From IMG/VR virus record IMGVR_UViG_3300007735_000800, positions 1 through 64,000 of that record: 64,000 nt of DNA. One strand, 5' to 3'. The notes beneath the pieces were generated by a model that had not been told where the DNA came from, did not search any database, and worked only from the letters and a program-made list of their open reading frames with translations. Below are positions 6,579-16,082 of the stretch, one piece after another. The translations under genes and the position numbers were made by a program. Numbering within the stretch: position 1 is the first letter of the stretch; each line of letters opens with the position of its first letter. This stretch comes from a virus.

Positions 6579-7651
6579 TGTGTATATACCAAATTTATTC
6601 CCGCAACTGCTCTGTCTGAAAGATATGAAATAAGGGCTGTTGAATTTTCAGATGAAAGGCCATCAACGTAAATATTTACGGTGCAGGGTGCTACAGTTGA
6701 ATTTGCGACAGTTATGTCACTTGACTGTGTTATTCCGCCAATGTTGGAATTTAAAATTGCTTTTTCGTAGTCATCTAATGTGACACATCTGTGTTGTGCA
6801 GTTGCAGCAAATTGAACTTTTGCCTTTGCTGTTTCTGGAACTAGATAATCGTAACCCCCATCCGGAGTATCAGATGTCAAGAAAGTTATTCCAGTTATTG
6901 GAGAGACAGATCCCTGGTTTCCTTTTGCTCCATTTGATATGACTGCTTTGCAATAAACTGTATACGCGGTTGTTATTGAAAATGATTCTGGTAGATTTGT
7001 TGTTACCAAATATCCATTTGAAGTATTCAGAACTGTAAAATAATATTGCCCAGATGAATTTTCAGTGCTTGATTTGTCAACCTTTGTCCATTTTGTTTCT
7101 GTTCCGGAATTATCTACCATATAAAAACTTATGGTATCTGGATCTACTGTTAGAGGTAATATAATTGAATTGGAAGTATAATCCCAATTTGTATACTGTC
7201 CTATGGCTGTCCCGCAGTATAAGGTTATGGTCTGCGCAGAACTGGCTGGAACACTTTCTGTGTTAAAAAATAATATGGAACTTCCATCGGTAGCAGTTCC
7301 ATTAAACGGGGTGTAGTCTGACAATGCGGTTCCAGAAGTTTGAACATTTACTGTTGTGCTAGCTGATTTTTTTACCTCCAGCAATACCGAAGCATTTGAA
7401 GCAGCTCCAACTATTGAAGGCAACAAAGATGCAGTTGATAAAAATGATTCTTTGTATCCAAATTGTGAGTATATTCCATTGTATGCGGTTGCTGTAGCTA
7501 AAATGTCAACTAACATGCTAGCAGCACTGGCATTATTGTCAAAATCGATATCCGAAAGAGTTGGTTCACTTTTCAAAAAGTTTTTTATTGATGTTACTAT
7601 TGATGTGTAATCCAAAGAAGCCACATTTAAATTTTTAAATTGAAGAGTCAT
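6575..7651 (-). CDS. gp6: baseplate wedge subunit gp6 (short, 358 aa)
   Basis: LNVASLDYTSIVTSIKNFLKSEPTLSDIDF..SAASMLVDILA; C-terminal RCVTLDDY; start at MTLQ overlapping gp25 stop. Confidence 0.8.
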   Translation of the reverse strand: MTLQFKNLNVASLDYTSIVTSIKNFLKSEPTLSDIDFDNNASAASMLVDILATATAYNGIYSQFGYKESFLSTASLLPSIVGAASNASVLLEVKKSASTTVNVQTSGTALSDYTPFNGTATDGSSILFFNTESVPASSAQTITLYCGTAIGQYTNWDYTSNSIILPLTVDPDTISFYMVDNSGTETKWTKVDKSSTENSSGQYYFTVLNTSNGYLVTTNLPESFSITTAYTVYCKAVISNGAKGNQGSVSPITGITFLTSDTPDGGYDYLVPETAKAKVQFAATAQHRCVTLDDYEKAILNSNIGGITQSSDITVANSTVAPCTVNIYVDGLSSENSTALISYLSDRAVAGINLVYTQ

Positions 7652-8028
7652 TGAAAGTTTACCTCTATTGTGCAAGCTGCAGCTTGTTGATCTGTATTAT
7701 CTAGCAAAGAAAATAAAACATTTAATATTACTTTAGTTTCATTTGAGTATGCCACTGTAACTTTTACATTTGTTATTTCTTTTATTCCAGATTTTATGTA
7801 ATTTTCCAAATTTGTTTCTAACAGTTTTTTATTGGAAGATGGGTTGAATATAAAAGAATAATAATCGGAACCCAAATTCATTGCTGATGGGATTTCTCCC
7901 TTTTGCAATTTACATATATTTTCTATTTTTTGCACATATGAATTATATTCGGAAACAACAGCAAGATCTTTTGTAGCTGTAGTAGTAGAAACTTTATTTC
8001 CGAGTATATTGAAATCTAGGGTTGGCAT
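7648..8028 (-). CDS. gp25: baseplate wedge gp25
   Basis: IENICKLQKGEIP..LGS...IF pattern; position before gp6. Confidence 0.8.
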   Translation of the reverse strand: MPTLDFNILGNKVSTTTATKDLAVVSEYNSYVQKIENICKLQKGEIPSAMNLGSDYYSFIFNPSSNKKLLETNLENYIKSGIKEITNVKVTVAYSNETKVILNVLFSLLDNTDQQAAACTIEVNFQ

Positions 8029-8046
8029 TACAAATATTTATACACA

Positions 8047-8802
8047 TCAGGTAGCATGCGATGTGGCTGGACCACCCTCATATTCATCTTGCGATGTAGT
8101 TTGTTTTGGAAATATGTCAGTAACAACCAATGATGTTTCATGTGCACCGGTATTCAAATAAGTGTTTTTTGTTGAAACAACATAATATTTTTTAGATATC
8201 ATCGAAGGAATTTGATTGATAGGATAACCGCTTATATTGTCTGCTTTTATTGTAATTATATCACCAGGTCTTATTGACGTATCCCCGGCTATGGTAATAC
8301 TTATTTTCGAACCATATTTTACCGAATCTAAAAATTCTCTTCTCTTTGGTGGTGTTGCTTTTGGTGTGTTCCAAAAGGTAGCTACATTTAATCTAAATTT
8401 TAAATAATTTATAAAATTGTCACCAACATCCGGACAAGTACAACTAAAAGGTGATTCCGGGCTTCCCCAAAGACAGCCTAACCAGCTTTCACCAAGAGTT
8501 GCTTCTATTTTCTCACATTCTACGGAATCTTGTCCAGTCAGTGTGCTTAATATATTTGGAATTGGCGGCGATGGAACACTTGGACCTGAAAACGCTGTTG
8601 CCGGGTCAACGCCCAGTACACTGCCTATGAATGAAATATTTGGGAATCTTTCATAGCATTCACTTAAACTAATTGGAGCACTTGTTATGCCTCTTGTTAT
8701 TTGTGCATTGGCGCAAGAGTATGAATCTCTTGAAGATACTGTATTTGTTGCATTAAAAGTTTTTGTAGCGCCTATTGTTTTATAATGTCCGGGGGTAGCC
8801 AT
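8047..8802 (-). CDS. Cys-containing N-domain fused to the C-terminal part of a gp27-type baseplate hub
   Basis: ISITIAGDTSIRPGDIITI...KKYYVVSTKNTY hub C-terminal signature; own SD GGAG. Confidence 0.6.
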   Translation of the reverse strand: MATPGHYKTIGATKTFNATNTVSSRDSYSCANAQITRGITSAPISLSECYERFPNISFIGSVLGVDPATAFSGPSVPSPPIPNILSTLTGQDSVECEKIEATLGESWLGCLWGSPESPFSCTCPDVGDNFINYLKFRLNVATFWNTPKATPPKRREFLDSVKYGSKISITIAGDTSIRPGDIITIKADNISGYPINQIPSMISKKYYVVSTKNTYLNTGAHETSLVVTDIFPKQTTSQDEYEGGPATSHAT

Positions 8803-8813
8803 AGTTTACTCCA

Positions 8814-10847
8814 TTATGCACAGGGCCCGTCTACGACGTTTTCTGCACTGAACGAATACAAATATTTTCCTTCAAAGTTATTTAATATTGCAGTATCCGT
8901 GACTCCAGCATCTGTCAAAATTTTTATCATTGATGTTTTGTACATTCTCACTACATGTCTGGTTTCATTTGTGTTTGTGTATGGAGAAGGATTCGTAGAA
9001 TTTCCATAAATTCCAATTGGACGGTATTTAAGGCTACTTAATGGACCAGATGCGCCAAGATCTTCGCTGTACCAACCGGGTCCATAGTATGCCGTATTAA
9101 CACCAAATGGTGGGCTCATATTAAATCTTTCATTTAAATTTATAGCCCAAGTTGTTATATCACTACTATCACTTCCCTCTGTTTCACTTACTTCCCATTC
9201 CTCAAGAGCTCTTATCGCTGGGTTTGGGGTTGAAGGTGTTTGCCATGTTGTCGGATTGTATGTTATCTTTTTCCAAGAATAAAGATATTTCATGGCTTCA
9301 TTGGATTTTCCATTTGTTGCGTATGGAGAAACCTCTGGCTTGTATCCAGTGATAACAGCAAAAAATGATTCTTGTTCTTCCTCTTGAACACAACATAATA
9401 CGTATTTTACAAAATTTTGTTTTTCTATATCTCTTATAAAATTTAATTTGTCACTATCTCCATCGTATTGATCATATACCTCCCAGCGTATATTAATAAC
9501 TTTTTGAAGATTTGATTTAGTCTCACTTAAATCTGTGGCTCCGGGTATGGTTGTTATTGGTTCCGGTGTTTCACCACTAGCTTGATTAAATTCATATGGA
9601 TCTACTGGAGTAAAATCAAACATGTTATGCCACATTTCAGTATTATCAACGTATGGATAATGATTGTAGCTTCCCATAAAATTTGTAGCTACATACTGAT
9701 CTGCTTGGCCTGGTTCCTGGCTAATTAAAGCCACTCTGGAAGAATTGTCTACAGAACCCAAATTATCATAATATCCCCAGTGATTTTTATCTATAAGTTC
9801 ATCTGCACCGGGAGGAACTTTGTCTTCCACTCCCTCAGAATTTATTATTTCAATATCATATTTTTGTCCATCGTCTTGAAACTGGTATGCAAGTTCATAA
9901 TATGGATATTGTATATTTATGGTATCATTTAAAACTTTTGGTGTTTTTCTTATGTAAAAATATTTTTTTGATATAAACTGATCTGCAGGGGATGTAGTTA
10001 ATAAGTATATTTTTTTGTATGGTTTTTCATCATTACTTAAAAGCTGAAATGGTGTATCACTGTTATATACGGAATAATAATATCCACGATCATTCATTTT
10101 TTGTATTGCATGCAGATCATCATCTAGATTTTCATAAAAATATTTAAAATTAATTACATTGTCAAATTCTGTCCAAAACATATATCTTGGCTCTTGTGTA
10201 ACATAATTGCATGCTAGAGTAGAGAGATAATACATGTACTGTAAATAATTGTCACTCGGACTTTCATTTCTGTAGTCCATCGGATTCAAAGGTCTATATA
10301 AAATATAATTTGAAGTGTAATCATTAAAATTTAATGTTGGTGCTTTTGCGTATTCGTAATCGTTTGTAACGGAATCTTGTAAATAATTGTAAACAAAATC
10401 ACTGTTAAAATTATGAGTCTTATAAACTTTTGGTTTATTTGTATTCATTATTTGCAACAGTGAGTGCTGTTGAGAATGCTTGTACATCTCATTGCTAAAA
10501 TTAATTGTTACAAAATTTTCTTCAGTTTCTGATGCAGCGTTGTTTAAATATGATGTTCCGGTTATAGTAAAAGTAGATTTGCTGTTATCTAAAAAAGTTA
10601 ATTCAATATAGTCTATATCATAATTTTTGATATAAGTCATTATATCCGAAGTATCTCTTACTGTTAGTGCACCGTTTGGCAATAAATCAAAAATACTTTC
10701 TAAAAATTCTATTCTTTCAAATTGACAAAATCCATTTTTTTTATCTATTATTGATAATTTAAAATTTGGATCTGTTGTTGTTTTAAGAATGATATCTACT
10801 ATATTAGAAGATACTGGATTATCTTGTATTCTATTTGGAGCTGGCAT
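8814..10847 (-). CDS. N-terminal part of a gp27-type hub with long C-terminal passenger domain
   Basis: IEFLESIFDLLPNGALTVRD and YMFWTEFDNVINFK hub motifs; ends YSFSAENVVDGPCA. Confidence 0.65.
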   Translation of the reverse strand: MPAPNRIQDNPVSSNIVDIILKTTTDPNFKLSIIDKKNGFCQFERIEFLESIFDLLPNGALTVRDTSDIMTYIKNYDIDYIELTFLDNSKSTFTITGTSYLNNAASETEENFVTINFSNEMYKHSQQHSLLQIMNTNKPKVYKTHNFNSDFVYNYLQDSVTNDYEYAKAPTLNFNDYTSNYILYRPLNPMDYRNESPSDNYLQYMYYLSTLACNYVTQEPRYMFWTEFDNVINFKYFYENLDDDLHAIQKMNDRGYYYSVYNSDTPFQLLSNDEKPYKKIYLLTTSPADQFISKKYFYIRKTPKVLNDTINIQYPYYELAYQFQDDGQKYDIEIINSEGVEDKVPPGADELIDKNHWGYYDNLGSVDNSSRVALISQEPGQADQYVATNFMGSYNHYPYVDNTEMWHNMFDFTPVDPYEFNQASGETPEPITTIPGATDLSETKSNLQKVINIRWEVYDQYDGDSDKLNFIRDIEKQNFVKYVLCCVQEEEQESFFAVITGYKPEVSPYATNGKSNEAMKYLYSWKKITYNPTTWQTPSTPNPAIRALEEWEVSETEGSDSSDITTWAINLNERFNMSPPFGVNTAYYGPGWYSEDLGASGPLSSLKYRPIGIYGNSTNPSPYTNTNETRHVVRMYKTSMIKILTDAGVTDTAILNNFEGKYLYSFSAENVVDGPCA

Positions 10848-10849
10848 AA

Positions 10850-11680
10850 TTAAGATTCGTAATCTTGTTCAATCAAGTTGAATGATTTGTATCCAACCGA
10901 ATATGGACTAAAAGCTTTTATAGTTATACTACTTAATTCAGCCGAATCCATGTAAGAAACTTCAGCTGAAGTTATTCCTGTTGGTTCATAAGGAGAAGAG
11001 CCCTTTGCCAAAATTGGCAGTTCAGAATCCAATAACAAATATGTCGTATCTATTGTGTTTTGTTTGTACGATGATTCTTTTGTAATTGTGTCTTGTGCTT
11101 TTACTTCTGTTAAATTTATCCCATAAGGAGTAGCAGATATATCAGTTTCATAATAGTTGGTCGCCCCCTTCGCTATTATTTGTATATCTGATCCGGAAAT
11201 TAAAGTCAATCCTTGAAGTTCTTTTAAATAAGTTCTCCTAGAGAAGCTATTGTATTCCTTTGAAAGTGCAAACCCACCAGTTAAGCTAAAATTTCCAACA
11301 TAACTAAATTGCCATGGAGACCCAGCTGTTCCAGTAAATGGTGTAACTAAAGAACCTTTCGGGGCATACATGTCATATGAGCCGTTTGATCCCCATATTG
11401 TTGTTGTTGTTTCAAAATCTAAAATTTCTGCAGAAGTTGATTGTTTTGTTAAAGTAAATGGATTTATTGTTTTATTTGCTAATAAAAATAACCAAATAGA
11501 ATTTGCATCTTTGTATAAGGAATAACCAGCTTCAACTAGAGTTTGAGATTTATCTACATCTAAATTTTGAGTTTGAATATTAGATTCACTTATTTCGTAA
11601 TAACTTGTAAAATCCACAAGAGTAAACGAACCCAATGTGGTTTCATAACTTCTTTTTGGTAGTGAGTTAGAATAATTCAT
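10850..11680 (-). CDS. gp53: baseplate wedge gp53 (LysM-like) with C-terminal extension
   Basis: YSLYKDANSIWLFLLANKTINPF motif; adjacent to gp48. Confidence 0.7.
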   Translation of the reverse strand: MNYSNSLPKRSYETTLGSFTLVDFTSYYEISESNIQTQNLDVDKSQTLVEAGYSLYKDANSIWLFLLANKTINPFTLTKQSTSAEILDFETTTTIWGSNGSYDMYAPKGSLVTPFTGTAGSPWQFSYVGNFSLTGGFALSKEYNSFSRRTYLKELQGLTLISGSDIQIIAKGATNYYETDISATPYGINLTEVKAQDTITKESSYKQNTIDTTYLLLDSELPILAKGSSPYEPTGITSAEVSYMDSAELSSITIKAFSPYSVGYKSFNLIEQDYES

Positions 11681-12498
11681 TATGGTCTAAAAGTTCCAAA
11701 GTATTTAGTTGATATTTCAGATTTTGAAAGAACCGCATTTGTGGGAGGATCATAAGTTCCAGTTTCAAATTCAGCAAAAGACAATGCCATCATTGTTATG
11801 TTAGAATTTCCATTTGGCAAATATCTTACTATTGGATCAGTCTTATCATTTTTCTTTACATATATGCTTGCCAAAACACATGGTAAAGGTTCTCCCAGCC
11901 AATTTGCTGTTAGATTTGAGGATGATAAAGATGATGAATTATTGTAACCACCGGTGACTGTCATTGCCCATATATTTTGAGGATAGGTTCTTTCTGGCAA
12001 TCCTGTAGCTACTGACGGATATGAAGCTTTTCTAAAAGTTCCAACTATGTTCTCAACTTGAATACTTTCTGCTTCATTTTTTGGAACAAATATGTATTCA
12101 AAATAGTATTTTTTGCGAGCTTCGGATATTAAAGTAGCTTCAGTTACGTTGGAAAATCTTCTATAGGTAGATGTGGAATACATATATTCATCCTGAAATG
12201 CACCCCCCTGTAATAATCTATTCCACAGAGTATCAAAATTTTTAATTCCACCGCTATTGGCCAAACCAGCTTCCGATAAAACCGGTCCCACTGGATTGGT
12301 TCCTTCACCATATTCATGTTCAACTGTATAACTTGGCTCTTTTGGCATCGGTAAACTTATAGTGGCAAAATTTCTATTTATAATGCCATACCGTGTCCGA
12401 TCTTCATTTATCAATGAATATTCAGCAGCGTAAAAATTTAACCATAGAGGTTGTTCTATAGCATAATTTCCTAAAGGATATTGATAATATAAAGCCAT
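11680..12498 (-). CDS. gp48: baseplate tail-tube cap gp48
   Basis: ISLPMP; RKKYYFEYIFVPKNEAESIQVENIVGTFRKASYP; LSFAEFE. Confidence 0.75.
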   Translation of the reverse strand: MALYYQYPLGNYAIEQPLWLNFYAAEYSLINEDRTRYGIINRNFATISLPMPKEPSYTVEHEYGEGTNPVGPVLSEAGLANSGGIKNFDTLWNRLLQGGAFQDEYMYSTSTYRRFSNVTEATLISEARKKYYFEYIFVPKNEAESIQVENIVGTFRKASYPSVATGLPERTYPQNIWAMTVTGGYNNSSSLSSSNLTANWLGEPLPCVLASIYVKKNDKTDPIVRYLPNGNSNITMMALSFAEFETGTYDPPTNAVLSKSEISTKYFGTFRP

Positions 12499-12504
12499 TA
12501 CAAA

Positions 12505-12526
12505 TATTTATCTTTTTTCATAAATA
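12505..12526. promoter_or_regulatory. back-to-back late promoters GATAAATA (-) and CATAAATA (+)
   Basis: 6 nt to ATG 12498 and 5 nt to ATG 12532. Confidence 0.8.
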
Positions 12527-12531
12527 TTTTT

Positions 12532-12951
12532 ATGGCATACAAAACTACATTCAAACCAAAAAATGTAAAAAAGTATGTAGGTGATGTGTCAAAAATCAAA
12601 TGTCGTTCTTTATGGGAACGAAATATATGCAAGTTTTGCGATGAACACGATAACGTAATTAAATGGTCTTTTGAGGAAATAGTTGTACCATACATGAGCC
12701 CCATAGACCAAAAAATTCACAATTATTTTCCAGATTTTTTGATTCAATTTAACGATAAAAATCAAATAAAATCTTGGATGGTTGAGGTAAAACCCAAAAA
12801 ACAAACATATTTAAAAGAGGATGCTTCAAAAAAAGAAAAGATAACCTGGCTGATAAACAGCGCAAAATGGAAAGCAGCCGAGGCTTACTGCAAGAAGAAC
12901 AACATGGAATTCAAAATAATAACGGAAAAAGAGATATTCAATAATGGCTAA
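12532..12951 (+). CDS. gp4: head completion protein gp4 (TnsA-like nuclease fold)
   Basis: FKPKNVKKYVGD...RSLWE...W..EE..VPY.SP.D...H.YFPDF; EVKP. Confidence 0.9.
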   Translation: MAYKTTFKPKNVKKYVGDVSKIKCRSLWERNICKFCDEHDNVIKWSFEEIVVPYMSPIDQKIHNYFPDFLIQFNDKNQIKSWMVEVKPKKQTYLKEDASKKEKITWLINSAKWKAAEAYCKKNNMEFKIITEKEIFNNG

Positions 12952-13516
12952 TCAAAATTCAATACAAACAATTAAAAATTATTTTGAAAGACACAATGGT
13001 TTGCAGTTGGCTAATAGATTCCAGGTTAACTTTTCTGGATTGCCTCTTGGAATTTGGAGAGGTCCAATAGAAATACAAGCTCAACAAATTGAGCTCCCAC
13101 CCAGATCTATAAGTACTGTTCAAGATGGTTTAATAGGTTTCGGAAATGGTAGATTTGTTCCAAGAAGTCAGAATATATTGCCTGGACCGGGTGTAATAAT
13201 AGCTTTTCCAATAACGAATGATAATTATCTTTTAGAATTTTTTAATAATTGGTTTAATTACATTTATACAGGTCCAAGATCAAATAACAATTATACAAAT
13301 CCATTCGTAGTTCAGTACTATGATAATTCGGTATTCAATAGTACAATGTATCTTGATTATTTGGATCCAAACGGTGAAGTAAATAGCACCATGACTTTTT
13401 ATGAAGTGTTCCCTGCGGAAATACAACCAATCAGATTGAGTATGACAACTCCAGATAGCTATGTTAGTTTAGTTGTTACTTTTGGTTTTAGAGATTTTGT
13501 ACATAATTTTAATTAA
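12944..13516 (+). CDS. gp54: tail tube initiator gp54-like
   Basis: GLQLANRFQV; VYEVFP-like YEVFPAEIQPI; tube-protein fold motifs. Confidence 0.65.
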   Translation: MANQNSIQTIKNYFERHNGLQLANRFQVNFSGLPLGIWRGPIEIQAQQIELPPRSISTVQDGLIGFGNGRFVPRSQNILPGPGVIIAFPITNDNYLLEFFNNWFNYIYTGPRSNNNYTNPFVVQYYDNSVFNSTMYLDYLDPNGEVNSTMTFYEVFPAEIQPIRLSMTTPDSYVSLVVTFGFRDFVHNFN

Positions 13517-13524
13517 GGTTTAAT

Positions 13525-14190
13525 ATGAATGAAATAAATGATTTAATTTTAAATTTACTTCCAGAGTATGAATGTTTACTTCCATTTTCAAACAAGAATG
13601 TGGTTTTTACCCCATTTAAAGTTAAAGATGCTAAAAATATAGCAATATTATTGGAAGAAAAAAATAAAAATTCTATAAAAAATATTTTTGTCCAAATTTT
13701 AAAAAATAATGTAAAAAATATTGATGTTATGGATTTGTGTTTAGCTGATGCTGAATATCTTTTTCTTCAAATACGAAGCAAAAGCGTTGATGAGCAATTA
13801 AATGTTAAAGTAAACGACATTCCCCAAAAGATAAACATCTCATCGATAAAAGGAAGAAATTCCTTAATAGATGAAGAAATAAAAATTTTTGATAATGTTT
13901 CTTTGCGCTTAAAAACTCCTTTACTTAAAGATTTATTAAATACGGATTTGGATGATGATAATGCCATCATACTTAAATCAATAAAATCAATAACAATTAA
14001 AAATCAAATTTATGATATTTCAAAATATCTATCATCTGAAGCAAAAGAAGTTTTAGATAATATGTCACTGAAAACTTTAAACTTAATAAAATCACATCTT
14101 TCGAAGCAGCCTGAATTGTATGCTCTTATAGAGCATGAAGGAAAAGAAAGAGAGGTATCAGGCTTTCTAACTTTTTTTATCTTTCGGTGA
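13525..14190 (+). CDS. gp26: baseplate hub assembly protein gp26
   Basis: LPEYECLLP...FTPFKVKD; DAEYLFLQIRSKSVDE; ends SGFLTFF. Confidence 0.85.
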   Translation: MNEINDLILNLLPEYECLLPFSNKNVVFTPFKVKDAKNIAILLEEKNKNSIKNIFVQILKNNVKNIDVMDLCLADAEYLFLQIRSKSVDEQLNVKVNDIPQKINISSIKGRNSLIDEEIKIFDNVSLRLKTPLLKDLLNTDLDDDNAIILKSIKSITIKNQIYDISKYLSSEAKEVLDNMSLKTLNLIKSHLSKQPELYALIEHEGKEREVSGFLTFFIFR

Positions 14191-14366
14191 GTTTTTTTGA
14201 TTTAAAGGATTATTATGTCACAAATTTTAATTTGATAAACAATTATAAATGGACTTTATTTGATTTGGAAAATATGTTGTTCTGGGAAAGAGAAATTTAC
14301 ATAAATCTTTTAGCAGACCATAATGAAAAGTTGATGAGATCTAAAAATTTTAAGCAAATAAAATAA
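14187..14366 (+). CDS. gp51: hub assembly catalyst gp51 (59 aa, below ORF-track cutoff)
   Basis: translated by hand from GTG 14187: ..LKDYYVTNFNLINNYKWTLFDLENMLFWEREIYINLL. Confidence 0.8.
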   Translation: MSFFDLKDYYVTNFNLINNYKWTLFDLENMLFWEREIYINLLADHNEKLMRSKNFKQIK

Positions 14367-14367
14367 A

Positions 14368-14823
14368 ATGGAAAATAAAAAAGAAAAAGAATTTCAAGAA
14401 GTTCCCGATTCAATATCTTTGGATATAAATGCGGAAAAAACTACTTTCAATACTTTAATTCAGCCACCCGAAATGGGTTCTGAAGAAGATGAAGTATATG
14501 TTGAAACAGATCAAGAATCCACATCACAGCTTACAGAATTACCTTCGATAGAATCTGAAACTTTTAAAACACCTGAAATGGCCAGTGCAGATATAAATCC
14601 ACCACAAAGTGCAGATTTAGTAAAAGAAGAATTTGATATATTTAAAAATAAATTTGAAAATTCTGTATTACCATTTATTTCTGATTTAACTAATTCCGTA
14701 TCAAACAGCCTCTCCAGAAAAGATGGAGATAGAAATCTAGAAAAAAGAACTTCAAAAAGTGATATTATATTCGTTTTTGATGATAGGCTTATTGAAATAA
14801 CCAATTATCCAAAGTGGGTATAA
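14368..14823 (+). CDS. acidic hypothetical protein at the locus where a tape-measure gene often lies
   Basis: 151 aa, directly after gp51; C-terminal FDDRLIEITNYPKWV. Confidence 0.6.
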   Translation: MENKKEKEFQEVPDSISLDINAEKTTFNTLIQPPEMGSEEDEVYVETDQESTSQLTELPSIESETFKTPEMASADINPPQSADLVKEEFDIFKNKFENSVLPFISDLTNSVSNSLSRKDGDRNLEKRTSKSDIIFVFDDRLIEITNYPKWV

Positions 14824-14848
14824 AAAAAGCCCCTTTCGGGGCTTTTTT
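14823..14848. terminator. bidirectional intrinsic terminator
   Basis: aaaaaagcccc-tttc-ggggctttttt. Confidence 0.85.
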
Positions 14849-15705
14849 CATTCATTCTCCATCTCGGAGAAGTATTGCAGTGGATCCTTTTCCTCTGCAT
14901 CGTCCGACACTGAAGTTTCTTGAACATCATCTTCAATGCTCTTGTTCTCAGTAAATTGAGATCTGACATCATCTCCGATAGACTTCTTAAACCGTGCATT
15001 CAACTCATCAAAACTCTTAAATTGACTCTTGTCAATAAATGGCTTTAGAGGGTATTGCTTTTTCCAAAGTTCCTCTAGCTTCTTATCATCACCACCAAAA
15101 AGTGGAGCTGGTGCCGCAAACTCACTTCTGTCGTAATTCACATAACCACCGACATTACGAATTTTAATCTTGAAGTCAGCCCCAGTCCAAAAATTAAAAG
15201 GATCAACCGCAACTTCATCTTGAAATTCTGGATTTGCAAGACTTTGAATCTTTTGAAAAATTTTGGTTCCGTACTGATAGAGAAATACCTTACCCTTGTT
15301 TTCAGGATTTGCAGGATCTTCTACAACAAGAATATTTGAAATGTAAGTCAATTTACGTTTACGCTGACGAGCAATATTTTTGTCATCTTCAATGCCGCTG
15401 TTCCACAGCTCAGTATTTGAAGCACACACAGGGCATTTATCTCCAATAGAAGTTGGGCAGTTCTCATAAAACCATCCACCCTTTCCTTTGAAAGTATGGC
15501 TATACACTGAAACAAATGGAGTGTCTTCTCCCTCTACTTCTGGTAGAAAGCGAATTACAGCATATCCATTGCCGGCTTTATCGATGCCCGGCTTCCATAG
15601 CCTTTCATCTTTATAACCGTCCTTTGATGTCATCTTTTCGATGCGTTCGCTAAGTGATGCAATTGAGTTCTTACTCTTTTTCTTAAAGTCTGAAAAGTTT
15701 CCCAT
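14848..15705 (-). CDS. gp32: single-stranded DNA-binding protein gp32
   Basis: DERLWKP..DKAGNGYAVIRFLP; ENCPTSIGDKCPVC; DPFNFWTGADFKIKIR; YVNYDRSEF; acidic tail. Confidence 0.97.
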   Translation of the reverse strand: MGNFSDFKKKSKNSIASLSERIEKMTSKDGYKDERLWKPGIDKAGNGYAVIRFLPEVEGEDTPFVSVYSHTFKGKGGWFYENCPTSIGDKCPVCASNTELWNSGIEDDKNIARQRKRKLTYISNILVVEDPANPENKGKVFLYQYGTKIFQKIQSLANPEFQDEVAVDPFNFWTGADFKIKIRNVGGYVNYDRSEFAAPAPLFGGDDKKLEELWKKQYPLKPFIDKSQFKSFDELNARFKKSIGDDVRSQFTENKSIEDDVQETSVSDDAEEKDPLQYFSEMENE

Positions 15706-15713
15706 AGTTAATC

Positions 15714-15773
15714 CCGAGGATCTACCTCGGCCTTTCTGTTTTTAATTATACAGCAAATTCCCATATCAGTCAA
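15714..15773 (-). promoter_or_regulatory. gp32 promoter TTGACT-N17-TATAAT and leader with SD-hairpin-ATG
   Basis: -35 15768-15773, -10 15745-15750, AGAAAGG 15731-15737, ccgagg/cctcgg stem 15714-15730. Confidence 0.75.
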
Positions 15774-16002
15774 TAGGAAGTTTTTTAGTTTTCTTTTTTG
15801 ATTTCAAAAAATTTACGTTTTTTGCTTCTTGCTCTATTTTTTCAATTATTGGTTTTGTTAAAAGTTTTCCCGCAGCAGATGGGTCTAAATCCATTTCTTC
15901 TGAAAGTTCTAGAACACAATCCATAAAGGAAAGACCAGTGCTTTGAACTCGGTGTATTACTTTATTTGAAAATTTTTCTTTTGCAGCATCATCTATATAC
16001 AT
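15766..16002 (-). CDS. gp33: late transcription coactivator gp33
   Basis: FSNKV....LSFMDCVL...EEMDLD...AGKLLTKPIIEKIEQEA..VNFL. Confidence 0.85.
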   Translation of the reverse strand: MYIDDAAKEKFSNKVIHRVQSTGLSFMDCVLELSEEMDLDPSAAGKLLTKPIIEKIEQEAKNVNFLKSKKKTKKLPID

Positions 16003-16082
16003 ATTCTATCCTATCACATATAATATTTAAATCAACTATTTAACCATCTAAATATTGTAGAACTATTTATAGGAAATAACAG

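Noticed and set aside
12532-12951. gp4 as a mobile TnsA-like endonuclease / transposon
   Set aside because: It matches the conserved T4 head-completion gene in normal context, with no terminal repeats or transposase partners
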